From: a virus
DNA: 64,000 nucleotides
Reading direction: 5' to 3' (one strand)
IMG/VR virus record: IMGVR_UViG_3300028392_000050
Span: 1 to 64,000 of that record
Made by a program: the position numbers and the translations under genes. The notes under the pieces were generated by a model. That model saw only the letters and a program-made list of their open reading frames with translations. It ran no database searches and was not told where the DNA came from. Each line of letters opens with the position of its first letter. Position 1 is the first letter of the stretch. This document shows, piece after piece, positions 46,549 through 55,708 of this stretch.

Positions 46549-46649
46549 TTTGTGTCCTTATCTATTAGGTGATCTTGTGTGTATTGGTAAAGCCTGCCTA
46601 GTAAAAATGATACTACTAAGCCTAGTACTACAAGCCAGTGTGTTGGCAT
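46545..46649 (-). CDS. 34-aa membrane peptide (not in ORF track)
   Basis: MPTHWLVVLGLVVSFLLGRLYQYTQDHLIDKDTK; AAAGGA RBS. Confidence 0.6.
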   Translation of the reverse strand: MPTHWLVVLGLVVSFLLGRLYQYTQDHLIDKDTK

Positions 46650-46708
46650 TTGTTTGTCCTTTGTTTAGGGGTTCAGGGGGGGATTGCTCCCCCCCGTCGC
46701 CTGTTTGT

Positions 46709-46903
46709 TTATTCTGCTGGTTCTACTTTAGCCAAGGTGATTAGTACTGTGATTAGTTCTTGGCGTTCTGCTGGTGTTAGTTCCAATGCGATTTCCACAA
46801 CTGTACCAGAGCCGTTAGCCCCGAGAGTGTGAACTAGCAGGTTGAACATTCCCTTGTCGCCGAAGGTGAAACCCCCGAAGGTATAACGCTTTACATTTTC
46901 CAT
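46709..46903 (-). CDS. hypothetical protein, first gene of the minus-strand block
   Basis: Start moved to MENVKR after AAAGGGG RBS. Confidence 0.65.
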   Translation of the reverse strand: MENVKRYTFGGFTFGDKGMFNLLVHTLGANGSGTVVEIALELTPAERQELITVLITLAKVEPAE

Positions 46904-46962
46904 TTTGTTGCCCCTTTGTTTTGTGTGAGCCTTGTTGCTCACAAATACAGACTAAGGCTCTT

Positions 46963-47070
46963 AGGTAAACAAACAATGCTAGTTAGGTGAACGTCAGGTG
47001 AACAATTCCAAGATCGTTAGGTTAACAGCAGGTGAACAGGGGGGGTAGGTTAGGTGAACGCCAGGTAAAC
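46963..47070 (-). promoter_or_regulatory. dense cluster of AGGTRAAC-type boxes
   Basis: Seven boxes, mostly as 11-bp-pitch pairs. Confidence 0.75.
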
Positions 47071-47161
47071 AGGCCGGCAGGACGCAGATACGATTGACGA
47101 CCCAAAAAAGTTAGGCAGTAGCCTAACTTCGTGCCCAAAGGGCGGGGGGAGGCGGCGCAGC

Positions 47162-47200
47162 CGTTACGGCTTCGTTACCAAATCGTTACTAAATCGTTAT
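47162..47200. promoter_or_regulatory. four CGTTAY repeats at 11-bp pitch
   Basis: CGTTAC at 47162, 47173, 47184 and CGTTAT at 47195. Confidence 0.75.
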
Positions 47201-47372
47201 AATTCAAATCACCACGTGCTATGCAAACTGTATTAAATATTTGATTATCTCTTTGTTTTAATAGGAATACCTATTTAGCAGTGCTAGCTGCGCCGCCCTA
47301 TGCAAAAATTACCCTCTGGATATTCTCAGCAATTAATGCTATAATCACCCACTTATCATTTATACTAAAGTA

Positions 47373-47735
47373 ATGGCAAACATTTCTAATAAGCAAAGAC
47401 GTAAGATAGCTAAATCACAAACTATTATGACTCAGCGGGGTTTTAAAGCTGATAAAGAGGCTATCCTAGGCAATCCTGACGGCCCTGTTAACCAAAAATA
47501 CAATAAAATGTGGTCTAAAAAAACTAGGGCAACAGAAAATGAGTTTAACAACGCTGAGACTACTATGGGTAGAACCGGGCATTTTAGAGAAGGTCTAAAC
47601 TTATTTAAAACTGCTCAAGCAAAATCAAACATTAGAACCGATGCGATGTTTAACCCTAAGTTTGAAAAAATGGCAGACAAGGCTTATAACCCTGGTCCTA
47701 AGTCAGGATTCCTAAGTAAGGCGAAGAATAAGTAA
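47373..47735 (+). CDS. basic hypothetical protein, probably leaderless
   Basis: TATACT 6 nt before ATG. Confidence 0.65.
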   Translation: MANISNKQRRKIAKSQTIMTQRGFKADKEAILGNPDGPVNQKYNKMWSKKTRATENEFNNAETTMGRTGHFREGLNLFKTAQAKSNIRTDAMFNPKFEKMADKAYNPGPKSGFLSKAKNK

Positions 47736-48037
47736 TGAGACCTAAGAAAACGCAATTGAAAAAAAGCGGTGCTGATACCTCACGCAACGCAGCCGGTAAG
47801 AACACCTACAGTTTTGGAAATGGTGTAACAGCTCACCTAAGTGATTCTGACCTAAAGCACATGGCCCGTACCGATATGCCGGGCCATGAGTGGCATCCAG
47901 CTGACCCTAACGCGGCTAGGGACTGGGATAAGAGTAACCCTCACCACACTTACCTGGATTATGTAAATGGCTGTAAGAAGTGTGAAGACCTGGAAAGCAA
48001 GCGGATGCACCCTAACGGCTCTAAGCCTTGGGAGTAA
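47735..48037 (+). CDS. hypothetical protein
   Basis: TAATG coupling. Confidence 0.6.
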   Translation: MRPKKTQLKKSGADTSRNAAGKNTYSFGNGVTAHLSDSDLKHMARTDMPGHEWHPADPNAARDWDKSNPHHTYLDYVNGCKKCEDLESKRMHPNGSKPWE

Positions 48038-48038
48038 A

Positions 48039-48266
48039 GTGAAACCACGCGGGCTATACGAGGAGTTTGCACACGGCCGTGCGCCCGAACTGCATCAAGT
48101 GCTAGGTGTATTCACCCAAAATAATGCCGTTTTAGGACTAAATGTCATGGATGCACGTAGAATTAATGATGGTATCTTTACTGGTCCAAAAGGTGCCTAC
48201 CAACGCTATAATGTTTCTGGACAAGCAACAAACGTTGCACAAATACCTTACGGGAGCTCACAATGA
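48039..48266 (+). CDS. hypothetical protein (GTG start likely)
   Basis: GGGAG RBS; ATGA overlap with next gene. Confidence 0.5.
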   Translation: MKPRGLYEEFAHGRAPELHQVLGVFTQNNAVLGLNVMDARRINDGIFTGPKGAYQRYNVSGQATNVAQIPYGSSQ

Positions 48267-48565
48267 AACCAACTGATGGTCAATTTGATAAAGTACATAG
48301 TGAAACTATGGGACACCTTAGTAACGCCATTAAATTAACTAGGGGCCTTGCCGATATCTACAGCAACCCTAATATGTCTTCTTCTCAGAAAGAAGCCGCT
48401 GTAAACGCTCTAAACTCCTCTATGAGAAGCCCTGAGCAGCCTACAAGCACAGAACATGAATATAATGACGCAATGGCTAATGACCCTCGCTACGAGACTC
48501 CTGAAGCCTCTGAGGAAAAGGGAAATGCGATGTTCAAAGCAGAACAGGAAAAGAACAATGGCTGA
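48263..48565 (+). CDS. hypothetical protein
   Basis: GGGAG RBS. Confidence 0.6.
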   Translation: MKPTDGQFDKVHSETMGHLSNAIKLTRGLADIYSNPNMSSSQKEAAVNALNSSMRSPEQPTSTEHEYNDAMANDPRYETPEASEEKGNAMFKAEQEKNNG

Positions 48566-48896
48566 AAAGAAAAAGGCAACTGGTAAGAAGACCAAGACCC
48601 TGGCTGGTAAAACAGCTGACGGTAAAAAGGTTTATGGCCCATTTAAGGGTTCAAAGTCTAATGGCGGACGCCCTATGATGTCTGTTGTGAATAAGGATGG
48701 CTCACGCACATCTATTTCGGCCGCTAAATATAAATATGAAAAAACACACGGCAAGTTGCCTAAAGGCGTGGATGTTGACCACAAGGACAACAATCACTCT
48801 AACGACAACTCTGGAAACCTACGCGCTCTAAAGCACGGTAAGAACACCGCTAAAGAAAACAAGCGTCGCGTTGGTAAGAAAGAAAACGACAAGTAA
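48558..48896 (+). CDS. HNH endonuclease
   Basis: DVDHKDNNHSNDNSGNLRALKHGKN. Confidence 0.8.
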   Translation: MAEKKKATGKKTKTLAGKTADGKKVYGPFKGSKSNGGRPMMSVVNKDGSRTSISAAKYKYEKTHGKLPKGVDVDHKDNNHSNDNSGNLRALKHGKNTAKENKRRVGKKENDK

Positions 48897-49204
48897 TGCA
48901 CCCAAAAGACGAGCAGATGCCCCGTAAATATAAAGGCCAAGGCGGAATGAGCCCTTATGATGCTTTTATTGATTACTACAATGAAGAAAACCAGCGTGAA
49001 GAAGACACCGCTAACGCTGTTAAATCAAAGCGTTCTATCAAAGATATTGATAAAGAATACAAAAAGACCGGCAAGACTCTAGAAGTAAGCGGTGATGCTA
49101 TTAATAGGGCTAAACGTGGCAAGCCTTCTAAAAAAGGCTGGGATATTGCAAAAGATGTCTGGGACTCAATGTCTGAGGCAGAAGCAGCAAAGCACAAAAA
49201 ATAA
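48896..49204 (+). CDS. hypothetical protein
   Basis: TAATG coupling. Confidence 0.6.
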   Translation: MHPKDEQMPRKYKGQGGMSPYDAFIDYYNEENQREEDTANAVKSKRSIKDIDKEYKKTGKTLEVSGDAINRAKRGKPSKKGWDIAKDVWDSMSEAEAAKHKK

Positions 49205-49305
49205 TTCGGTTTAGATAAGAAATCCGAAACAACTCCCGCCATACTTAATAATATGGCGTTCCGATCAAACGTCTTTAAATCTATCTCTAGAGAAAGTACA
49301 AATTA

Positions 49306-51378
49306 ATGTCAAATAACCTAGGTGACGTGCAGGATAGCGGTACGCTATACCCTGTTACCACACAAAAAATCTCTGGTGCAGTAACTAACAGCACTAGCGT
49401 AACTCTTTCAGCGTCTAACTCAGCTATCGTAGTTGGTCAGGTAGTTACTGGTCCTGGTGTACCAAACGCTAACGGTATCACTGCTGCTACTACTGTAACT
49501 GCAATTAACAGCACTTCATTGACCCTAAGCAACCCTGCTACTCTTGTAGATGGTGTTGTTCTAAACTTTGCTGCTGCGTCTAACTTAAACATCCAGACTG
49601 ACTTCGTATGGAAGAACATCGCTATTCAGTCAAACGACGACCGCGCAACTACTGCTGCAAACGCTATTGGTGGTGCAGGTGTTCAGTCTGTAACTATCTC
49701 AGGTGCAAGCAGCGATGGTAAGGTTACTACCTTCACAACTTCAGCCGCTCACGGTCTAACCGTAGGTGCAACAGTAAACACTGGTATTTATGCTATCGGT
49801 GGAACTGTAGCTGCTCCAACAGCTGGTACTACCGTTCTAGCGACCACAGGTTCATCTTCATCAGTAACTCTTGCTGCAACTACCGTTACAGCTGACACTA
49901 CTCAGAAGACTGTTACCCTAACCACTTCTGCTGCTCACAACATCAGCGTTGGTGAAACCGTTATCATTTCTGGTGGTCTAACCACTGCTGCTGTTTACAA
50001 CGGTACTTTCACAGCTTTGGCTGGTACAACTGGAAGCACACTAGTAGTTGCTAACGCTGCTGCTGCTGTAGCATCTCCTGCTAACACAACCACTGCTTGT
50101 ACTATCGCTGTTTACCACTTCGATGTTAACCAGGCTGTAATCCTATCAGTACCTTCAACAACTACCTTCACTATTGCTCAGGCCCTTTCAAACATTAACT
50201 CAGTTGCCGCTTCTAATAAGACTGCATCACTAGAGGTTGTAGGAGACTCTTCATGGGGTTACACCACTCCAGTACAGAGCGCTCGTCTAGCAGTTGATTC
50301 AATCACTAAGACCATCAACGGAAACTCATACGCAACTCCTGTATATGACGGAAACCTAGTTGATTCAGCGTACTACGGCTTCCCAGCATACAATACTGGT
50401 AAGTACAAGGCAACAGCTGCTGCTGTTGGTTCAAAGTCTGGTTCTGCTTACATTTATGTAACTGCTCCAAACAACTTGTCTGACTTTGTAACTCTAGGAA
50501 CAACTACAGTAAGCATCACTGGTTTCACTGTTGCTGGCCTAAACGTAACTGGCGCTACTGTTGTTGCCGCTAACCTAGATGGTTTTGTGGTTGCTGGTAC
50601 TAACGCACTTCTAGGAACTTCTGTTACTGGTCAGAACGCACTTGTACAGGTTGTCGGTTGGGGCGTTGCTAACTACAACGTTACTGCCGCTGCTGTTGAC
50701 GCTACTACAAACACCAAGTACATCTACACCGCACAGAACAACCTACAGGTCGGTGACGTCGTAACCGTTACAGGTCTAACTAACAGCGTATTCAACGTTG
50801 CTTCTCAGACCGTAGCTGCTGCAACTGCAACTAGCTTCACTCTAACCAGCCAGACTGCATCAACTGCAGGTCTAACCATCACTGGTCAGGTCGGTAAGGT
50901 TGAGTACTCAGCTGCTATTACTAACGTAGATGGCGGTTACTCAAGCGGTACTTTCGGTTACCTAGTTCCTAACGTAATTGGTAAGACTGCTACTTCTGCT
51001 GTAGATGCATTTGCTGACCGTGGTATTACCCTTACCGCAGGAAGCACTACTTCAAAGGCTAGCAAGACCGCTGATGGTGTATGGAGAACTGCTGGAAGCG
51101 CTTTGACTCAAATTGCTACTAGCGCTACTCACGGCCTTGTTGCAGGTGACACCTTCACCGCTGCTAGCATCACTGGCGTGACTGACGGTGATTACACTGT
51201 GCTATATGTGATTGACACATCAAACTTTGTGTTTGTGTCAGGTTCAACCGCAGTTCAGACAACCGCTTCTGGTGGAACTGGAACTGTTATTGGTAAGGTA
51301 GGAACTGTACACTCTACCACCCCTGCAGGTAACGCCCGCACTACAACTGCTACTGCTACTTACAGCCTCTGGGCTTAA
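49306..51378 (+). CDS. Thr/Ala/Val/Gly-rich repeated beta-domain protein, likely virion decoration or fibre
   Basis: Repeated T.AAHGL..G..V modules, PASTA-like VPNVIGKT block, strong codon bias, own terminator. Confidence 0.7.
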   Translation: MSNNLGDVQDSGTLYPVTTQKISGAVTNSTSVTLSASNSAIVVGQVVTGPGVPNANGITAATTVTAINSTSLTLSNPATLVDGVVLNFAAASNLNIQTDFVWKNIAIQSNDDRATTAANAIGGAGVQSVTISGASSDGKVTTFTTSAAHGLTVGATVNTGIYAIGGTVAAPTAGTTVLATTGSSSSVTLAATTVTADTTQKTVTLTTSAAHNISVGETVIISGGLTTAAVYNGTFTALAGTTGSTLVVANAAAAVASPANTTTACTIAVYHFDVNQAVILSVPSTTTFTIAQALSNINSVAASNKTASLEVVGDSSWGYTTPVQSARLAVDSITKTINGNSYATPVYDGNLVDSAYYGFPAYNTGKYKATAAAVGSKSGSAYIYVTAPNNLSDFVTLGTTTVSITGFTVAGLNVTGATVVAANLDGFVVAGTNALLGTSVTGQNALVQVVGWGVANYNVTAAAVDATTNTKYIYTAQNNLQVGDVVTVTGLTNSVFNVASQTVAAATATSFTLTSQTASTAGLTITGQVGKVEYSAAITNVDGGYSSGTFGYLVPNVIGKTATSAVDAFADRGITLTAGSTTSKASKTADGVWRTAGSALTQIATSATHGLVAGDTFTAASITGVTDGDYTVLYVIDTSNFVFVSGSTAVQTTASGGTGTVIGKVGTVHSTTPAGNARTTTATATYSLWA

Positions 51379-51389
51379 TCACTAAATAA

Positions 51390-51420
51390 TAAAACCCCGG
51401 TCGTTTGGCCGGGGTTTTAT
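51390..51420 (+). terminator. intrinsic terminator
   Basis: AAAACCCCGGTC-GTTT-GGCCGGGGTTTT. Confidence 0.85.
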
Positions 51421-51461
51421 TATTTAAACTGCTAAAATTACTAAAAAGATAGGATTTAATA

Positions 51462-52115
51462 ATGGCTGATAATATTGAAAAATCTGCTGCTGATAGCATG
51501 GCAAGTTCCGAAAAATACGGCGGCTTTGCAAAAATGAGGAACCTTACAAACATTCTCATGGGAAGAACTAGATCAACTACTGATTCAGATGGCGGTAGCT
51601 CAACTGGAGGTAGCTCAACTGGCGGCGGAGGAAGAACCGGTAACGGCTGGACTGCAGAAGATTACAAGAACTACGGTGATTGGCAAGAGCGCCACTATGG
51701 TCTTCACAATGACGCAGAAGATAAAAAAGTTTACCGTGAGGCTAAGGGACTTGAAGCTAGAAATGATATAGAAGATATTGCTAAAAATAGAGACCTTGGC
51801 AGAGAGATACAAAGAAGACGACTTGATTCAGTGGGTTATGGCCCTGGTTTTCAAGGTACAAGCCAGCAACAGGCTAAACCGGGCGGTAGAAGGTCTACAA
51901 CAACCGCTGCACCTGGAACAACTGCAGTAAAAACCACAACCACTCCTGTTAAAAAAACACGTGGCAAAGCTGTTGCACAAGTGGACTATAGGTCTAATCC
52001 TACATTAGATGCAAAAAACAGAGAACCAAACTTTGGTAAAGTTACCCCTAAAGATTTAACTACAACCACTGTTAAACCGGCAACTACTCGTAAAACACGT
52101 GGAAAACGAGCTTAA
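51462..52115 (+). CDS. low-complexity hypothetical protein
   Basis: AGGA RBS; Gly/Ser and Thr/Lys tracts. Confidence 0.65.
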   Translation: MADNIEKSAADSMASSEKYGGFAKMRNLTNILMGRTRSTTDSDGGSSTGGSSTGGGGRTGNGWTAEDYKNYGDWQERHYGLHNDAEDKKVYREAKGLEARNDIEDIAKNRDLGREIQRRRLDSVGYGPGFQGTSQQQAKPGGRRSTTTAAPGTTAVKTTTTPVKKTRGKAVAQVDYRSNPTLDAKNREPNFGKVTPKDLTTTTVKPATTRKTRGKRA

Positions 52116-52305
52116 AGTAGATATACGCCGTAAAGGGCCTCTAGCGGCCCGTACAGGCGCTATTACATCTACTGATGTATATGAACGCTTAGAGAGGCCT
52201 GTAGGCCGCTCTAAAGAGTTTTTTGATGCCCTTATGCGAGTGTATGCCCCTGTAGTTTCCGGAATACCTACTCATATGAAAGAGCAAGGTCGATGGGACA
52301 GCTAA
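52099..52305 (+). CDS. hypothetical protein
   Basis: ORF track; overlaps upstream gene. Confidence 0.5.
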   Translation: MENELKVDIRRKGPLAARTGAITSTDVYERLERPVGRSKEFFDALMRVYAPVVSGIPTHMKEQGRWDS

Positions 52306-52478
52306 AAAAACACAAAGTTAAAAAAGAGTTTCAAAAAGAAGCTCTATTTAAACCTGCACAAGTAAAAGATACGCGATTCGGTATTCGTAGAATATATTTG
52401 GGACAAACGGAAAAGCCAACCACTTTTTCATACATGGACCCTAACACCAACTGGTGGGGCACTAGATAATAGGATTTT

Positions 52479-52748
52479 ATGGATACCAGTCAAATTATTG
52501 CGTCAATCTCTGGCCTCTGTGCGGCTCTTAGCCTAATTGGCTTTATAGTTGCCCGATTAATTAAAGGCCACACTAGCGAAATAGTAAATACTCTTGTAAG
52601 AGACTATTTGTCAGAACTTAAGCCAAATCACGGCTCATCTCTTAAAGATGACGTTTTATCTATTAAAAAAGACATCACAGACCTTAAAGTAGACATTGCT
52701 ACTCTAGAAGGAAAGTTTGACCAGCATATCACGGAGAACTTTAACTAA
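52479..52748 (+). CDS. membrane-anchored coiled-coil protein
   Basis: N-terminal TM helix, ELKPNHGSSLKD motif typical of actinophage small membrane proteins. Confidence 0.7.
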   Translation: MDTSQIIASISGLCAALSLIGFIVARLIKGHTSEIVNTLVRDYLSELKPNHGSSLKDDVLSIKKDITDLKVDIATLEGKFDQHITENFN

Positions 52749-52798
52749 ATCTGTTATTATTAATTAATACACTATAAGAAGAAACTTATTACGGTCAA

Positions 52799-53014
52799 AT
52801 GAAGATAATTAAAACACAGGCTTATCAAGCCCACCCAGTACCTAGTCATGTGTACTATCCTCCGGAAGACCCACTAGAGCCAGACATTACAGCTCAACCT
52901 GAACAGGCGATGGATGATGAAGAGCCGGACTATGAAGAGCGCATATTTAGATGCAAGCATTGCCTTGACCTTGTTCTTGAATTTGATATAGAAGACCACG
53001 AGTGTGATAACTAA
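52799..53014 (+). CDS. acidic zinc-binding protein
   Basis: CKHC...HEC. Confidence 0.6.
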   Translation: MKIIKTQAYQAHPVPSHVYYPPEDPLEPDITAQPEQAMDDEEPDYEERIFRCKHCLDLVLEFDIEDHECDN

Positions 53015-53436
53015 TGGGTGACCGCGAAAATACTAGCTATTGGTTAGACGTTTTACTGCAAGGCTCTCAAGACGGGGCGTCTGCTCCAGAAGATGAAAAC
53101 TTTGAAATCGATGAGCCTGCGGCATCCATGCCCAATATGCTTCCTACTATTTCCACAAATCCTAAAAGACCCAGAACAGTAAAAGCTGGTTTTGACTACA
53201 CTACATTTAAAATGATAGTAGTATTTAGAGACGGAACTTGGTGGCAATATAATGGAGTTCCAGTTCAGATTTGGGAAGGTTTTAAAGCAGCAGCGTCTAA
53301 GGGAAAGTACTTGACTTCTTCTGGCCTAGACTCTTGGCCAGACATGGGTCCCGCTGACATGGCTGCATTATCCAAGGCCCAAAGAACACAGATAAACGAT
53401 ATGAAGGGTTATTTAGATAACATCTATAAAGGATAA
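53014..53436 (+). CDS. KTSC-domain protein
   Basis: GFD...VVFRDG..WQYNGVP...F..AASKGKY. Confidence 0.8.
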   Translation: MGDRENTSYWLDVLLQGSQDGASAPEDENFEIDEPAASMPNMLPTISTNPKRPRTVKAGFDYTTFKMIVVFRDGTWWQYNGVPVQIWEGFKAAASKGKYLTSSGLDSWPDMGPADMAALSKAQRTQINDMKGYLDNIYKG

Positions 53437-53441
53437 ATAAT

Positions 53442-53696
53442 ATGAAATCAGTTGGTCCACTATACATTGACACTATTAAACTAAAACACCCAGTATTCCC
53501 AATGTTTGAATGGGGCTGGAGCCAGGAAACTGAACACCCATTTAGAGCTAGCAAGGTTTGCCTAGTATTCTGGGTTCCTTTTGCCCCTAGGGGATATGCC
53601 ATCGGCCTTTGGGGTAACCCAATCGATGAAGACGAAGCCCTTAATAAAGTCTTTAAAGTTAGGAAAACCGAAGCTAAGGAGATTAGAGAATGGTAA
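53442..53696 (+). CDS. hypothetical protein
   Basis: AAGGA RBS. Confidence 0.6.
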   Translation: MKSVGPLYIDTIKLKHPVFPMFEWGWSQETEHPFRASKVCLVFWVPFAPRGYAIGLWGNPIDEDEALNKVFKVRKTEAKEIREW

Positions 53697-53935
53697 AGCT
53701 TTTTAAAAAGAAGCGTTGGGACAAGCCTTTTTCTGAAAAGATATCCCGCAGAGTTAAGCGCATATCTACCCCTGACCTGAGTGTGTGGGCAGACCAATCT
53801 ATTTATGAATTAGGTAGGTTGCTTAACATTTACCAGCGCATTCGTACTCCAGAGGCGCTTAGAGAAGTGCTTTTAGGTGCTGAGGCACTTCATGCTGTAA
53901 TTGATGAATTAGATAAAAGAACAAACGAAAACTAA
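53690..53935 (+). CDS. hypothetical protein
   Basis: AAGGAG RBS; upstream of terminase. Confidence 0.6.
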   Translation: MVKLFKKKRWDKPFSEKISRRVKRISTPDLSVWADQSIYELGRLLNIYQRIRTPEALREVLLGAEALHAVIDELDKRTNEN

Positions 53936-54052
53936 CCTAGTTAATTATTTTTTTATGTTATCATTAATAAGCCAACCTTCCTTCTCTCCCGTGTGGCACT
54001 TAGTAACCCTGAGTCTTATCGGCTCAGGGTTACTTTACTATTAAGGCATAAT

Positions 54053-55630
54053 ATGAGTGAATATGACGATTTTGAAGAAGTAGATGAAGAACTCGAAGAA
54101 CAACTAGAGGTCTACGAAGAGCTGTATGATGACGGCCTGGATGAACTGTCGCGTGAGTTTGTTGACCAACTAATTGATAAGATTATGATATTTATGACTG
54201 CCTTAGTCGGTCACCCACTACGCGTTTATCAAGAGCCTTTAGCCAGACGTATTATCGAGTCTGTTGTAATTAACGAAGGTGAAGAAATTACCGCTCTGGC
54301 TTCTCGTCAGTCAGGTAAGTCTGAGACCGTGGCGGATACCGTAGCGGCGTTGATGGTTATCTTGCCACGACTTGCCAAGATGTACCCTGACCTACTAGGT
54401 CGCTTTAAAGACGGCCTGTGGGTAGGTTTGTTTGCCCCTGTTGAAGGCCAGGCTGAAACCCTGTTCTCCCGTGTTATTTCACGACTTACCAGTGAGCACG
54501 CGTTGGCAGTCCTTGAAGACCCAGAGATTGATGATGAGGCTAAGAAAGTCGCTGGTGTGACTAAGCAAGTTAAACTTCTTAAGTCTAACTCCTCAGTTAT
54601 GATGATGACAGCTAACCCTAGAGCAAAGATTGAGTCTAAGACCTTCCACCTTATCGTTATTGATGAGTGCCAAGAGGCAGATGACTTTATTGTGGCTAAG
54701 TCAATTGGTCCTATGCTAGCGTCTACTAACGGTACTATGGTAAAAACTGGTACCCCTACCACTCACAAAAACAATTTCTATCGCGCTATTCAACTTAACA
54801 AACGCCGCGCTACTGGCCGTGGTGGTAAGCAAAATCACTTCCAATGGGACTGGCGTGACGTAGCCAGAGCTAGCGAGGACTATGGAAAGTTTGTCCGTAA
54901 AGAGATGCTTCGTATTGGCGAGGACTCTGATGAGTTCCAGATGGCTTACAACTGTAAGTGGCTTCTAGAACGCGGTATGTTCGTTACTTCAGGCGTTATG
55001 GATGAGCTTGGTGATACTTCTCAGAAGACCGTAGAAGCTTGGCACCGTACCCCTGTAGTTGTAGGTATTGACCCTGCCCGTAAAATGGACTCCACAGTAG
55101 TCACCGTGGTTTGGGTAGACTGGGATAGACCTGATGAATTTGGGTATTTTGACCATCGCGTGCTTAACTGGCTAGAGATTCAGGGAGATGACTGGGAAGA
55201 CCAGTATTTCCAAATCGTTAACTTCCTTGAGAATTACGACATTTTGTATGTAGGTGTAGACGCCAATGGTGTAGGAGATGCTGTAGCCCAGCGTCTTCGT
55301 CTTTTGCTTCCTAGAGCAGAAGTTATCTCTGTCGGAAGTAGCCAGCAAGAACAGTCTAAGCGTTGGAAGCACTTAAAGACATTGATTGAACGCCGTCTTA
55401 TTGGTTGGCCAGCGCACGCTAAGACTCGCGGACTTCGTAGATGGAAGCGTTTTTACCAGCAAATGACTGACCTTGAGGTTAAGTTCCAAGGCCCTAACTT
55501 CCTTGCCCATGCCCCTGAAGAAGCCCATGCCCATGATGACTTTGCCGACAGTCTAGCCATTGCTTGTAGTTTAACTATGGATTTGACTATGCCGAACGTA
55601 GAAGTAAGTTCTTCGCCTTTTTACAGATAA
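54053..55630 (+). CDS. terL: terminase large subunit
   Basis: SRQSGKS Walker A, IVIDECQ Walker B, TGTP, VGIDPA nuclease motif, HDDFADS. Confidence 0.92.
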   Translation: MSEYDDFEEVDEELEEQLEVYEELYDDGLDELSREFVDQLIDKIMIFMTALVGHPLRVYQEPLARRIIESVVINEGEEITALASRQSGKSETVADTVAALMVILPRLAKMYPDLLGRFKDGLWVGLFAPVEGQAETLFSRVISRLTSEHALAVLEDPEIDDEAKKVAGVTKQVKLLKSNSSVMMMTANPRAKIESKTFHLIVIDECQEADDFIVAKSIGPMLASTNGTMVKTGTPTTHKNNFYRAIQLNKRRATGRGGKQNHFQWDWRDVARASEDYGKFVRKEMLRIGEDSDEFQMAYNCKWLLERGMFVTSGVMDELGDTSQKTVEAWHRTPVVVGIDPARKMDSTVVTVVWVDWDRPDEFGYFDHRVLNWLEIQGDDWEDQYFQIVNFLENYDILYVGVDANGVGDAVAQRLRLLLPRAEVISVGSSQQEQSKRWKHLKTLIERRLIGWPAHAKTRGLRRWKRFYQQMTDLEVKFQGPNFLAHAPEEAHAHDDFADSLAIACSLTMDLTMPNVEVSSSPFYR

Positions 55631-55708
55631 TTTGTGTTTATCCTGCAAAAATACTGTTTTAGTATAAAACTTGTATAGAGGCCTCAACCTTTTTATTAGG
55701 AGATATTA

